From Callorhinchus milii (lineage: Eukaryota), in contig NW_024704743.1 of assembly GCF_018977255.1 (NCBI RefSeq), forward strand, positions 109,494,001 through 109,558,000: DNA of 64,000 nt. The letters are read 5' to 3'. The translations under genes were made by a program, and so were the position numbers. This document shows, in pieces, positions 36,847 through 49,658 of this stretch (positions within the stretch are counted from its first letter, which is position 1; each line of letters starts with the position of its first letter). The notes under the pieces are model-generated. The model worked only from the letters and a program-made list of their open reading frames with translations, searched no databases and had not been told where the DNA came from.

Positions 36847-39581
36847 AAGCTGTACTCCCTCACCATTCCACTGTCAGCCTGGAAATATGAACTCAAAGTC
36901 CTCTCAGCAAGAGCCAAAAGTGAGCTACTCCAGAGGCCGTCTAACAATATATACACAAGTAACAAACTGCCTTGAACCTGAAGACATGGTCCCTGATTCA
37001 CAATCAATAGCACAACAGGCTTGATGGATAGAGGATAATTGTTCTGCCCCTCCTAATGTTTTGAACCTTCGTATCATCAATGAAGAGGATCGAAACAGCA
37101 GTCAACAAAGGCACTGTCCGTACAGCAACAGCCCCCTTTTGTGATTCCATTTATCTACTGTGAATGACTCTCCTCATGGGTTGATCCTGTGGTCACCAAT
37201 ATGATATTATATTCAGTCTGTGAAAAGGAAAAGCATCCTTAATAATTTAAGAGTCCCTGTACCTGACCACATTGATCTGATCTATAAAGTTAGCTTGACA
37301 TGAATCAATATGTAGCGATTTGCTCCTGCCGTTGAACTCTAAATGAAACTACACTGTCACGATAAGGTTGAGTCCCATTTGAGTTTATAGTCGAGGCTGA
37401 CACTCCAGAGCAGTTGTGGGGGAGCACTGTATTGTCAGTACTGCTGTCCTTTGGATGAAACGTTAAACCAAGGTCCTACCTGCCTGTTCAGGTGAATGTT
37501 AAAGGTCCCATGACAATATGCGTGGTTCTTTTCTCCTGGTGTCTGGACTAATAATCCGATCACTCGCTTCAATGCTGTTTATGGGAAAACAAACTACAAC
37601 TACACAGTCAACCCACTTTATAGAATTATCTATGAAGCACTCTTAGATGTTTTGAAGTTAAACAACAATAATTTTTATTTATAAAGCTTCTTCCACATCA
37701 GGAAGATGTCTCAAAGCGAATTGCAATGCTGACTGGAAGCCTGAATTGGGATGGGAGGTTTGGGGAAAGTTACCAAAAGCATGTTTAATAAGATGAAAAG
37801 CCTTTGAAGATGGGGAGGGAGGGGGACGAGACAGGTTGTGTCAGCCTAGACTGTGAACTCAAAGTCCCAACGTGGGGCCCAGAGTCAGAGACAAGAATGC
37901 TGCCAACTGAGCCAGGCTGACACCTATCACATTGGCTGAAGGACTTTTGACATCTGAAAATCTCTTGTGATCTTTTGACTATCAGCTACTTTCAGTTTTC
38001 CAAATCATATGCGTCGGAGTGCTTTTGCAGTGTGTAAAATATTGTGGGGAGCCTTTGCTTCCAGATGGTGCGTTGCCTCTATTCACTCTGGACTTTGGGC
38101 AGAACTAGAGTGAAGAGAACTTCATCTCCAAAGAGCATAGCGAGCGTCTAACAGCAGCTCAAAGCAATGCAAAGACAATGTAATGAGTCTGTAGTAATGT
38201 ATTGGAATCTGTAAAATCACCTGCTTAACCCAGCCCCACCCCCCCCAACCCAGCTCACACACATGCAAAACAATCAACACTACTCATAACTTACCCGTGC
38301 CAATGATTTACCCTTGACTGTCCAGTGCCATAGGACGGACATCAACCTGACATGAAATGTGCTACACAAATTCAATTTATAATGTGTATAGTAGACCTAA
38401 TTTTTTAAAATCTATCTTAAAAGAAACCATCCCTTTAATTCCTTTTGGGTTGCGATGGATGGATGCTTGTGATATCATTTTCTCCCATCTTAAAACAAAC
38501 CCTTTCAATTGCTTTTCTGGATCCATTCAATTGGCAATCTCGGGAAAAAATCTTTGACCGAACTTTAAGTATCATCACTAAAACATCCCTTTGAACACTT
38601 GCTAGAGGAGCCCAGTGTAAAGCAATACCGGTGAGACTTTATTGGCATTCTGTTCTGTGGTTACAAATCCATGTTACAAAATGTAACAGGGAAGGCTACA
38701 CTGATTTACAGCCGGCAATGGAAAACAGCACAGCTACTCTTTTGCTTCTGAGACTCTCAATTAAATCATACAAGGCTTCAGTGCACAGCAAACAGTGTGG
38801 GGTCTGAGAAGCTGGGCTGCCATTCTTTAAATACATTATGTTCACAGTAGGCATAGTCATCACAGCTCAATTGCAGCTTGTAGGCAGTCTGATACCTCAT
38901 TTATTCTTTCTGCCTTGGTCACATCCTGCTCACTCTGGGCTGGGATTACAGTAATGATAGTCTTTGCATTTGACCCAGCACCCCTCGCACCGAAACTTTC
39001 CAAAGCACTCCGCAGATAGTGGCTGTCAACTCCAGTGACTGTGTGGACATCCTCCTGATGCGAAAGGCTCTAAACAAATGTAATTTTGTATTGTATTGTG
39101 TATCAGTTAATACTAGCTCGCTTCATGTCCCCCAAACTGTCCACTCCAGCAAAGCTCGATGAACGAGCTTTCAGCCATTCTGCCCCCTACCTCCTGCTTC
39201 CAGACATTGGTTTAATGGGTTTTATAGGTATTAATGTAAAATAAATACTCTGAAAAAGAATGTTGTAAACGGTGATTAGAATTGACACTTTAACATCATC
39301 TTTAATGTAGGAAAACAACTTAAAAGCACTGGGAAGTTCACGCTGGGTAAGAAATTGGCATGGAGGGGGAGGTGGTCGGAGGAGCAGTCAGAGACCTTTT
39401 TGTTCAGTGTGGCATCTGATACAGTGGAAACCCATCACCATGCTTAAGACTATCCAAATCAGACTGAGAGTTCCACGTATATATGCCACTTACACATGGA
39501 AATTTCTCTGTGTCTGGATTGGAATGCCCACTCTTTCTATGTTGGGACACACTTATCTAAATGCAGAGAGTATTTTAGTTG

Positions 39582-39872
39582 ACAACAACAATAACAAAAA
39601 TTTAATTTGTATAGCGTCCTTCATGTTGGAAGGATGTCTCAAGGCGCTGGACAGTCAGGGATTTGGGCCCGAGCAGGGGACTGGGATCAGGAGGTGAGGG
39701 CAGAGAGGGTAGGGGTAGAAGGATGACCAAAAGTGCGGTCGAATTGGCACATGCCTTGAAGGAGGCAGGGGAGGGAGTAAGGCAAAGGAACTGTGGGATT
39801 GAGTTCCAAAGGGTGGGAGCAGAGAGATTGAAGGCCTGATTGCCAATGGTGGGACGGGTGTGGTGGGGTACG
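39582..39872 (-). mobile_element. L2 3' fragment inserted in the unclassified repeat
   Basis: Reverse complement gtccagcgccttgagacatccttccaacatgaaggacgc...(gtt)n. Confidence 0.82.
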
Positions 39873-40654
39873 TAGAGCCAAGAGCCAAGGCTTGGGGAGC
39901 TACGAGTGTATTTTGGAGTTTAACTAGTTAAAACTGCATAGCTTTCCTTCAAAAACACTGTCTGGCTTAGGACTCCAGTGTTTTGCTGCACTGCTCAAAA
40001 TTAACTAGCTAAAACCACATAGGTTGCCACTGAAAATTTCCCGCTGCCCATCTAAGCCCATTCTTCCTGCTAGGGTTTGGCTGGCAGGGTTAGCAGGAGC
40101 TGAATGGGAACAATCCCTTCTTCCAGTTACTGGTCAGTCGAAGAGATAGAATAGATGCTTTGAAAGCAGAATGGGAAGGGATGAGGCAGATAGACGTTAT
40201 GGTGGGAATGGAAGGGGAGTGGGAATGAATGGAGAACCAGCACAGACACAATAGGCTGAATGGCCTCCTTCTGTGCAAAAAGATTCAATTGCTCTTCTCT
40301 CGTCAGGAGATGTATTATATAAGCAGACAAGGGCTCCTGCTTTTCAGTTACAATTAGTAAATCACTTACTCAACCAAATGGCTGGGGGAATGAGGCAGGT
40401 CCCCAATGTACCATTTGTCCAATATATTGACTGAGAGCCAATTTGTATTTCTTTCTTCCTAATGAGCTTTACACAATTACAAACATGCAACACTCACCGA
40501 GGAGATAGCAAAAGAGATTGTTGGTCCGCACATAACCAATCGGTAATTACAAGCACCTGTCTACAATTGGTGCAGAAATAACTGGAGTACTCTCTGGGTG
40601 TGCTCCAGTTTTCACTGCAGCACTAAACACCCTAGAAAAGATTTGGTCTTTTCA

Positions 40655-40962
40655 TACATTTGAATCATACATCAATGCAGGTTGGCACAGTGATAGTTCA
40701 CTCGCTTCTGAGAAGGTTTTGCGTTCAAGTCCTATATTTGAAAAGAGAAGGGAGTTTCTCCCAGTGTCCTGGCCAACAATCCCCAAAATAAAATCGGTCA
40801 TTGGTTTCATGGCTGTTTGTGGAATATTGCAGTGCACAATTGTGCTGTTGTGTTTCCCTACAAATATACAGTCACTCCATATCACAGTAAATCCTGTAAA
40901 GAGCTTTGAGACGTCCTTCTGATGTGATAAGGTGCAATACCAAATGCAAGGATTATTATTGC

Positions 40963-41034
<72 letters not shown>

Positions 41035-41035
41035 G
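40655..41035 (+). mobile_element. Internally deleted Deu-type SINE with expanded (TTA)n tail (40952-41035)
   Basis: cgcttctgagaaggttttgcgttcaagtcc head; gtgtcctggccaacaatcc core; long ATT array. Confidence 0.78.
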
Positions 41036-41989
41036 ATTAATAGAGGTTAGAATGAAGAAGATCCTTTGACCTATTTGATCTCAACTTTCCCATCACAGCA
41101 TTGAGCTGTTTCTTTAAAGTCCTAGACTCAACCACTCTTCCTGGTAAGCCATATTTACCTTCAAGAGAGCTACCACAGTCACTCCACTTCAGTGAATCCT
41201 GTGAAATGCTTTGAGGCATCCTCATTATTGTCAGAGATGCTATCCTTTGGATGAGACATTAGAGTCCTTTGAATCTTCGCTCAGTTATCTCACCTCAACC
41301 AAAGTAGGAAAAGACTATTCGCTATCACTGGAATAGAAAAAAAAATCGAAATTAAAGTTAGATTCAGGACAAAATGAATCTTCCATTTTTTCTTCTTGCA
41401 TTACATACTGTATTTGAAAAAGTAACTGCATTTAACGATAGACATCAGCCAGGCTCAGTTGGTAGCTCTCTCACCTCTAGGTCAGGATGTTCTGGGTACA
41501 AGCTGCTATTGGGACTTTGAACTCAGAGTTTAGGCTGACGCTGGGGGGGAGTGCTGGGGGTAACGCTGTATGTAATGCCAAAGTTGCCATCCTTCAGATG
41601 AAATATTAAACCAGGGTCCTGCCTGTTCAGATGGATGCCAAAATTTGACTCTATTGGAAACAACATTCTGGTTCAGAAATACTGCAAAATTGACCTCCTA
41701 TGTTGCTGTTCATTATACATGAGAGAGGACCCACAGAGAGGAAAAAATTATTTTAATGAAAAATAATAGTAGTCGAGGCTTGTCAGCAAGTGGCTCCATC
41801 TGGTCCACATGGATCATAGTTATCGAGCTGTCAATTAAATGTGTACAGATTTGACTGTCGTTCCAAGTACAGTTCCTAGGAACTTTTTAACCAGCATTGC
41901 TGAAGCATGTTTGTTGCAAATAGGAGGGTACTTAATAATAATATAATAATATTTGCCCAGTCATATCACTCTATGCTCTAAACAGGGTA

Positions 41990-42218
41990 ACCATGCCACA
42001 GTCCTTCCGTCTCACCCCCTCCCTTGCCTCCTTGAAGACCTGCCTCAAGACCCTCCTCTTTGACCGTGCCTTCAGTTACCCTCCTCCACCTACCCTCCCC
42101 GCCCTGTAGCCCCTGATCCCAATCACCAGCTCGGGTGCAGATTCCTAACTGTCCAGCACCTTGGGACGTCCTCCTGATGTGAAAGGCGCTATACAAATGT
42201 CATTTGTTGTTGTTGTTG
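41990..42218 (+). mobile_element. L2-A 3' fragment
   Basis: ctcaagaccctcctctttgaccgtgccttc...gcaccttgggacgtcctcctgatgtgaaaggcgc...(gtt)n. Confidence 0.88.
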
Positions 42219-42275
42219 AACCGTGAGAGCAGAAGGAGGGACCAAAGGTGTAATATAAAAGAATCTCTGGCAGGT

Positions 42276-42604
42276 TATAATAATAATAATAATAATCCTT
42301 GCATTTGATATAGCGCTTTTCACGTCGGGAGGACGTCCCAAAGCGCTTCACAGAATATACTGTAAAGTGAATTTGACTGTATATTTGTGGGCGAACGCGG
42401 CAGCCAATTGCGCACAGCAATGTCCCACAAACAGTCGTGGGTTGAAAATGACCAATTTATTATTGTTTTGTTTGGGAGGGATTATTATTAGGCTCTGTGT
42501 GGAATAAGGAAACTTGCCCAAGGTTTCGCCCTGAACTGCCGGGGATTGAACTCAGGTCTCTCACTTGCAAAGCGAGTGCTCTAACCACTGTGCTACAGGA
42601 CTCT
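42276..42604 (-). mobile_element. Full-length tRNA-Ala-headed SINE, short variant
   Basis: Head, body and (att)n tail present; CAGGT on both flanks (42271-42275, 42606-42610). Confidence 0.92.
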
Positions 42605-43784
42605 ACAGGTACAGGTTCTATAATATCTTTTCGACAGCGCTTTCGTTTTTCCCCCCTTGCCTCCAAATTCAGTTCGGGCTTCCAGTCAGCTGGGTGGAGT
42701 ACTTTGAGATGTCCTTCCAATATGAAAGGAGATATATAAATGTAAATTGTTGTTGTTTACAAAAAGCAGTAATGGTAGTTGAGTTGAAAGCTTATGCCAA
42801 TGGATTTAAACCACATTTTGCTATGAACCTAAAGGAGAGGTAGATTACCTGAGCAAAAAGGAACAGATACACAGCAGGGCATGGGAACTACATTACTTGT
42901 TTATATAAAGCTCTCTGTAGGTGTTTATATAAATCTCTGTAGCTGTTTCTCCCAAGCTGGACAATCAGCGGGAAGCTTGCCAGAGAGTATTCACAACCGC
43001 AAGCTATGTGGTTTTAGTTGGTTAAATTCCAGCAGCATATGTGGAACTCCATCTTATTTGGATATTGGATATTGGATATTGTTAAGTATGGTGTTGGGCT
43101 TCTGCCTGTGTCACCCAACTGACCCCCCAAAAACTAGGAAAATAAACAACATTCACCTGTTGCATTAATTCACTTGCAAATACAGTCACTACACTTTACA
43201 GTAAGTCCTGTTTTTAGTTGTCCTCCCAGTGGGAAGGCACTGTATCAAATGTGAGAATAATTATTGTTATGTAGTGTACACATGTTCAGATACTGGAGGA
43301 AATCGTAGCACTCCGAAATGCTATATTTGTGATGGGCGATATATAAATGCGAGTTGTTGTTGTTGAAATGGCTTTGTGAGTGGGTGCTGGAAATGGCGGG
43401 ACAGCTGGTGACTGAAAACGCATTTTATTTTCCTTATGATTAATTGTTGGTCTCTTCATTTAAATAAAAACGTTTGGGATGAATCCGATTCTGTGTCTCT
43501 ACAAAGGACTCAGTCCTTTTTCATTGTGACAGTGAGCCGATCTGTGCTGCATTGGAAGCAGATGCTCGGAGACCTTTGTTTCCATTGCCATCTATGATCA
43601 ATCATTTCCATTATTGAAATGCTTCTGGGGAAACATATTACAGCCTGAATTTAATTATTCCTGTGCTATTAGTATACCGAATAGATGGCTATGTGATGCC
43701 CACAACCACATATTGTGTCATCGGCTCAAAACACACACAGGGTGAGCAACATGGGCTCGTGGTGGAGGTGGCTTCATAGTACAT

Positions 43785-44200
43785 CTGCCTGGCTCAGTCA
43801 TAATACTCAGGACTCTTGAGTCAGAAGGTTATGGGTTGGAGCCCCACTTAGGAACTTTGAACTCATTGTCAAGGCTGATCTCCACTGCACTCCTATAGGT
43901 GTCAGAGGTCCTGTCCTTCGGATGGAGAGTTAAACCAAAGTGCCATTGGTCCCTTCAGGTGTACATTAACGAATTCAAGGCACTTTTTTTAAAAAAAAGG
44001 AAAGAGACTTTCTCATGGTGTCCTGGCTGACAATCCCTCCGATTTTAAATAAAATGCAGTGAGTCACTTCATGTCAGTTTGTGGGGCATTGCTGTGAGAA
44101 AATCATCTGCAATGTTTGCCTACAAAAGACACAGCACTACTAGATAAAACACATGAAGCTCTGTGTTAAGACACTTTATCAAATGCAAAGAATTATTAAA
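43785..44200 (+). mobile_element. Near full-length Deu-domain-type SINE
   Basis: tggctcagt...tgagtcagaaggttatgggttgg head; gtccttcggatggagagttaaacc core; tail. Confidence 0.78.
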
Positions 44201-44742
44201 GCATGGCTCGTGCTCTCCAGTTTATACGACTTCACTGCTCATCAGCCTGTTTGCTGCGCATCAGGCTGAGTGAGTTGATACACACACTAATGTTGCTCAG
44301 TTCCTGAGGATCTGCCAGTGAGGGGATTTGATAAAGCGGTTTCATTTTTCATTGTCTCATTCTGTTGTGCGGTACGGTGTATGTGTAGCTAATGTTACCT
44401 CAAGCTGTTTGATGTAATATTCATTCATGGAATCTTTGTGTAACTTATACGTTGGTGAACCCATCTGTTGTATTCAAAGGGAGACCATGCATCGGATGCT
44501 TTTAGCAGAACAAAGATGACAGATAAATGTACCATTCAAGTGGGTTGAATTGTGTTGCTTAGTTTTGCTGCTCCCTCCATTTTTCAATCAGTGTTTAATT
44601 TCTGAATCCCATTAGATTTTCTGCTCATAATATTTCCCTTGGCTTGTTGGGCACCCACTTGCCGACAGGACCCTTGGTAAAAGACAAAGGAGGAGAGGAT
44701 CCTCCAACTCAACTTCGCCAACATTTCTCCTAACATCCCCGT

Positions 44743-45080
44743 GGAGTCCTGTAGCTCAGTGGTTAGAGCACTCACCTTGCGAGCGAGTGAGTGAGAGACC
44801 TGGGTTTGATTCCTGGCATGGTGAAACATTGGGCAAGTTTCCTTACTTCACGCGGCTCTGTTTACCTAGCAGTAAGTAGGAACTTGGTTGCAAATCAATT
44901 GGTGGAACGCTCTTCTGTGGGTAATAATCCCTTAATAATAATAATAATTGGCTGCTGCGTTTTGCCCACAAAATATACAGTCAATTCACTTTCAGTATAT
45001 TCTGTGAAGCGCTTTGAGATCTCTTGAAGACGTGATAAGGCGCTATATCAAATGCAAGGATTATTATAATTATTATTATT
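44743..45080 (+). mobile_element. tRNA-Ala-headed SINE, long variant
   Basis: Head followed by gggcaagtttccttac...ctgtttacctagcagtaagtaggaac segment; (att)n tail. Confidence 0.92.
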
Positions 45081-45464
45081 TACTCGTTTGCTCACAATCT
45101 CAAATCGATGTCTTCTAATCACTAACTCAACTGACCAGTGAATTATTTTTTCCCTATTGACTATGAAAACCCCTCATAATATTAAAGGTCATCGTTCAAC
45201 TTTCCTTGTTCCAGCGGAAAGATTCCTCTTAACCTCCCTCTTTGCTAATTATCCTAAACTGATCCCCTCTACTGTAAAGTGCAATGACTGTGTATTTTGT
45301 AGGCAAACACAGCAACAAATTCATCAAAATTCATCTATACAGGCAGACTGGACCTTGGTTTAATGTCTCATCAACACTTCCAACAATACAGCATCCTCAG
45401 CTCTGAATTAGAGCATCAGCACAGTCTGTTTGCTTGTTTGCTAACTATCTTAAATTCCTTTTTA

Positions 45465-45926
45465 AGATTTACATGCTCTCGCTTGGATATGTCATCCGCA
45501 CGCATGGGATAAATTTCGACATGGATGCTGATGGCACATAAGTCTATTTCTCTGTTTCCACCCTCGAGTCCAGGACCACTACTATCCTGGCAGATTGTCC
45601 TCGTCCTCACTTTTAAAGCCCTCCATAGTCATGCTCTTCCCTAACTCTGCGACCTCTTAACAACGTACCAACTTGTCTGCTTCCTCCGTTCAGCAGACAA
45701 CGACTTGTTGCATGTTGCTCACCCCCTCCTTTGCATCCTTCAAGGTCCATCTCAAGACCTTCCTCTTTGACCATGTCTTTGGCCACACTTCTACACCCAC
45801 TTCCCCTACTCTCCAACACTCTTGATTCCATCCGCCAGCTGGGGTGCAAAGCCTTAACTGTCCAGAGTCTTGGAACATCCTTCCGACATGAAAGGTGCTA
45901 CATTAATGTAATTTGTTGTTGCTGTT
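45465..45926 (+). mobile_element. Degenerate, internally deleted L2
   Basis: Decayed YMLxLGxVIRxHGI/ADG region followed by L2 3' tail. Confidence 0.7.
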
Positions 45927-46264
45927 AAATCAATGCCCACTAGTCACGAATCACCCATCAGTGTGGTTGCCTGCAGCTTTGTGTGTTTTAAAAAATGGGT
46001 CCCCCAGATAATATCACGAAATCTCGAGTGTCCAATAATACAATACAATACAAATTTACATTTACATAGCAACTTTCAGGTCGAGGGCATTTAACAGTTC
46101 TGACTTGGCACCAGAGCTGGGGCTGGGAGCCAAGGGTTTGTTCCTACTGAAGAACTGACAGAAAGGAAACTGATGGAGTAACTATCCATTACAGATTGCA
46201 TTGTCAATACTGACAATTAATTCAATAATAAAATAATTTGCTGAGTATCAAGATGAACACACTT

Positions 46265-46526
46265 TGCCTTCTGCCACTCTGCCCCCACCCTCTGAAACTC
46301 CATCCCGCAGTCCCTCTGCCTTGTCCCCTCCCTTGCCTCCATCAGGACCCATCTCAAGACCCTCCTCTTCGACTATTCTTTTAATCTCCCTGCTTCCCCC
46401 CTGCCTTCTACCCTCCCTAACGCCGAACACCAGCTCAGGTCCGAAACACTGACTGTCCAGCTCCTTGGTACGTCCTCCGGATGTGAAAGGTACTATACAA
46501 ATGTAATTTTGTTGTTATTGTTGTTG
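46265..46526 (+). mobile_element. L2-A 3' fragment
   Basis: ggtccgaaacactgactgtccagctccttggtacgtcctccggatgtgaaagg...(gtt)n. Confidence 0.85.
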
Positions 46527-49339
46527 CCTTGGAGGTAATGATGCAGATTGACATCACATTTATTGATGAACAAAGCAGGAAAGGCTTGTTATGTCAATCA
46601 TGGTATTGTGTACTAAATGTCCTTTATTGCCTTTAATTTAATTGCCCATTGCTCTCCTTCACTCCCTCGCTCTCTCTCCTTCCCCAAAGGTCTCGCTGGA
46701 TTGTTGCAATTTAATGAGTCAACACTACCGTCAGATTTGTGAAGCTGCCACTTGCTTTATTTTGACAGCAGGTCGCAGCTATTTATACAAGTCAATGAAA
46801 CGACTTCAAGGCAAATTAAGCACTGTATTCATTAGTGGCAGATCAGATGCTGTTATTAGTGTGAGTGAAATTGTGACTGAGAACAACATCAACAGAAACT
46901 TTAGCCAACAACAATTACTGTATGAGGTGTGAATAAACTGCGAGCAACATAAGACAGATGGCAGGAGGAAGGACTCCTCTGAAGAGAATAGCGAGCATGA
47001 TTAAGCTTTTTTAAACCCCAGAGATTTCCTCTTCAAGAAGTTTATCTGCAACTCTCATCGCCATCAATGAAGCAAGATGCCTCTGTAGGCCTCTGAAGGA
47101 CTTTGAGCGGAATATTTCTCCATTGACCATTGAAACCACACACTAGGCTTACAGTGTTATACTCTTTGCATGTAGCACAAAAACTTTAGAGTCAAAAGGT
47201 CTCATTGCACTTCACAGACAATCCCTGCGTCCTTTGGATGAGATGTTAAACCAAGGTGCCATCTACCCTTTCAAGTGGATGTTAAAGATCCTGTGCCACC
47301 TATCGGGAAAGAAGGTGTTAAGAATGAACAACAGGGACAAGAGTCATGTGTCGACCAGTCTGGATAAGAATGACAGATTTCCTTCCCTGAAGGTCAAGAG
47401 TGTTCTTGATCATTTTTCAGATGGCGGTTCAATTCACCAGATGTTTGGAATCTAATTTATGCAACTGCCTTGGTAGGATTTGGATCCCTTACCTCTAAGT
47501 TTCCTCGGCCATAAACATTATAGATTTTGAGGCTGCACCTTTCCACAAGATCACAAAATTTGTTCAGATAAAAAAGGCCCTTTAGCTTATTTGATCCTAT
47601 TACTGATTTGTACCAGTGTGAAATTTATATCAATGGGTCTCAGTGAGCAATAGCCATTGAATAGGATGTTACCTATGTCATAATCCCCAAATAATTCTAG
47701 TTTTTGACGTAGGGCCTTTCAAATCGATCGGATGTCTCAAAGCACTTTACTGGAATTATTGTAAAATGTAGTGACTGCTTTTTTGTAGGCAAATTAGTTG
47801 CTTCATAACCCATTGACTCAGAGATAAGACTGCTACCAACATTTGCTGCCAATAAAGCAAGACCATCCTTAAAGCAATCCGATTGTCCCACTAAGAACTC
47901 TTGAGTATTAGGACATCGCTGAGAGCTACTTTGTGACAACATTTCTACATTTTCTCACATGTAATGTCTTACATTTATACAATGCCACATCCCATCTTCA
48001 ATCTCAAGAAAAGGACATTCTCCCACCTACCACCCCACACCCCCCAACTCACACACACACCATCTTACCCTGAATGGCTACATGATTTTGTAAGTTGAAA
48101 TGACTAAAGTGGGGGAAAAGGAAAAAAAGAAAGCAATGCTTTATGGTGAAAGAGAAAGTGGGTATCTGATGATTATGTTAAGACCAGATGAAGTAAGTGA
48201 ATGAGACCCAATTGGATCCAATCTCCTATTATTTCCATTGGGCTGTGATACATGTCAATGTGGGCGGCGTGGTCAAAAGAAAAAAAGAAAAGAGCTTTGA
48301 CTCCTACAAATAGGCTTGAAGCCAATGCATCATCGATGAATTAGATTATCAAATGCAAGGATTATTATTATTACAAGAGAGCAAATTATTAACAATGTGA
48401 AAAGCTCGTAACACACCCTCCCCTCTCTCACTGACTCTGTCACAATGTCCATAAGAACTTCAATGAATAATCCTTACATTTGATATAGCACCTTTCCGAT
48501 CAGGATGACATCTCAAAGAGCTTCACAGGGTTTACTGTGAAGTGCTGTAGCAAATGCAGCAGCCAATTTGGACACAGCAATGATCCCACTAACAATGTTT
48601 GTTCAGGGGATTGTTGGCGAAGACACTGGGAGAAACTCTTTTTGAATCGTGCCATGAAACCTTTAACATTGCATGAGAATTATAGCACCACCAACAATAT
48701 GGGACCTCCCCAGCTTCGTATTGGAATGTCAGCTGGACCGTGAGTTCAGAGTCCTATGGATCCCTGTGAGTTCAAAGACATGCGGCTTGAACAACCTTCT
48801 GATTCAGAGTCTGTCTGACAACAACTTGCTCTTGTATATTCCTTTCAAGAAGGAAGATATCTTGAAGTGCTTCAGAACATAGGAGGAACGTAGGGAGGTG
48901 GAAAGTGAATGAAGATACAGTTAATGAAGTGTTTTTTTTATATGGAGGGTTTTTAAGACAAGGAACCAGAGGGCGTAAGGCGGAGTTATTTGGTCTTAGG
49001 TATTTGGCAGAGGAGTTCCAGTGAACCCGATGAGCATTGTGACTGAAACATTAAGATCTCAGAATGTTACAAAGTGACAGTAAAAAAATTGATGAGACAT
49101 GAGAAGAACTTTTTATTTTTATAATAATATGCCTTGTATATTATATTAGCGGCTATAATATCAAAACATCTCAAACTGTTCCACTGTGAATTGTTGTATA
49201 CTGACTAACTGTAGGAAAATGTGATCCAGTTAATCCTTTGTAGCGGTTGTAATAGTCCAGTAATCCAGGCACTACTGATGGTGACCAACCAACCTGGTTC
49301 ATTGACAGACTAGTCACTGGAAGGAGGGACTCTTCCCAC

Positions 49340-49658
49340 TCAATTCCACAAGCCTACGCCCTCATGGGTAGGGTGGTACAAGTTGGACAAACAGCAGGAA
49401 GCTTACCAGACAGTGCTCTTGATGGCAAACTACTTGTTTTTTGCTGACTAAACTCCATCATGCACTCTGAGGTCCCCAAGCCTTGGCTCTTAGAAACCTG
49501 CAGCCAATACCCTCTGGATTAGGTAAGCAGGGTAAGGTCAGGGAGAGAGTGCGCATTCTATAAACAGGAACATTTCCATGTGCAAGTGGCATTCATATAT
49601 GGAGTTCTCAATCTGATTTCGATATTCTTAAGCACATTGATAGGTTTCCACGTATGCC
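49340..49658 (-). repeat. Copy of unclassified interspersed repeat (modules X and Y)
   Basis: Colinear with 52292-52575 (+) and with 39405-40100 (+) once the L2 is removed. Confidence 0.65.

Noticed and set aside
38297..44464. Small minus-strand exon candidates (38297-38348, about 40497-40559, 44399-44464)
   Set aside because: Splice-like sites are present but the peptides are unrecognised and such matches are expected by chance in 64 kb
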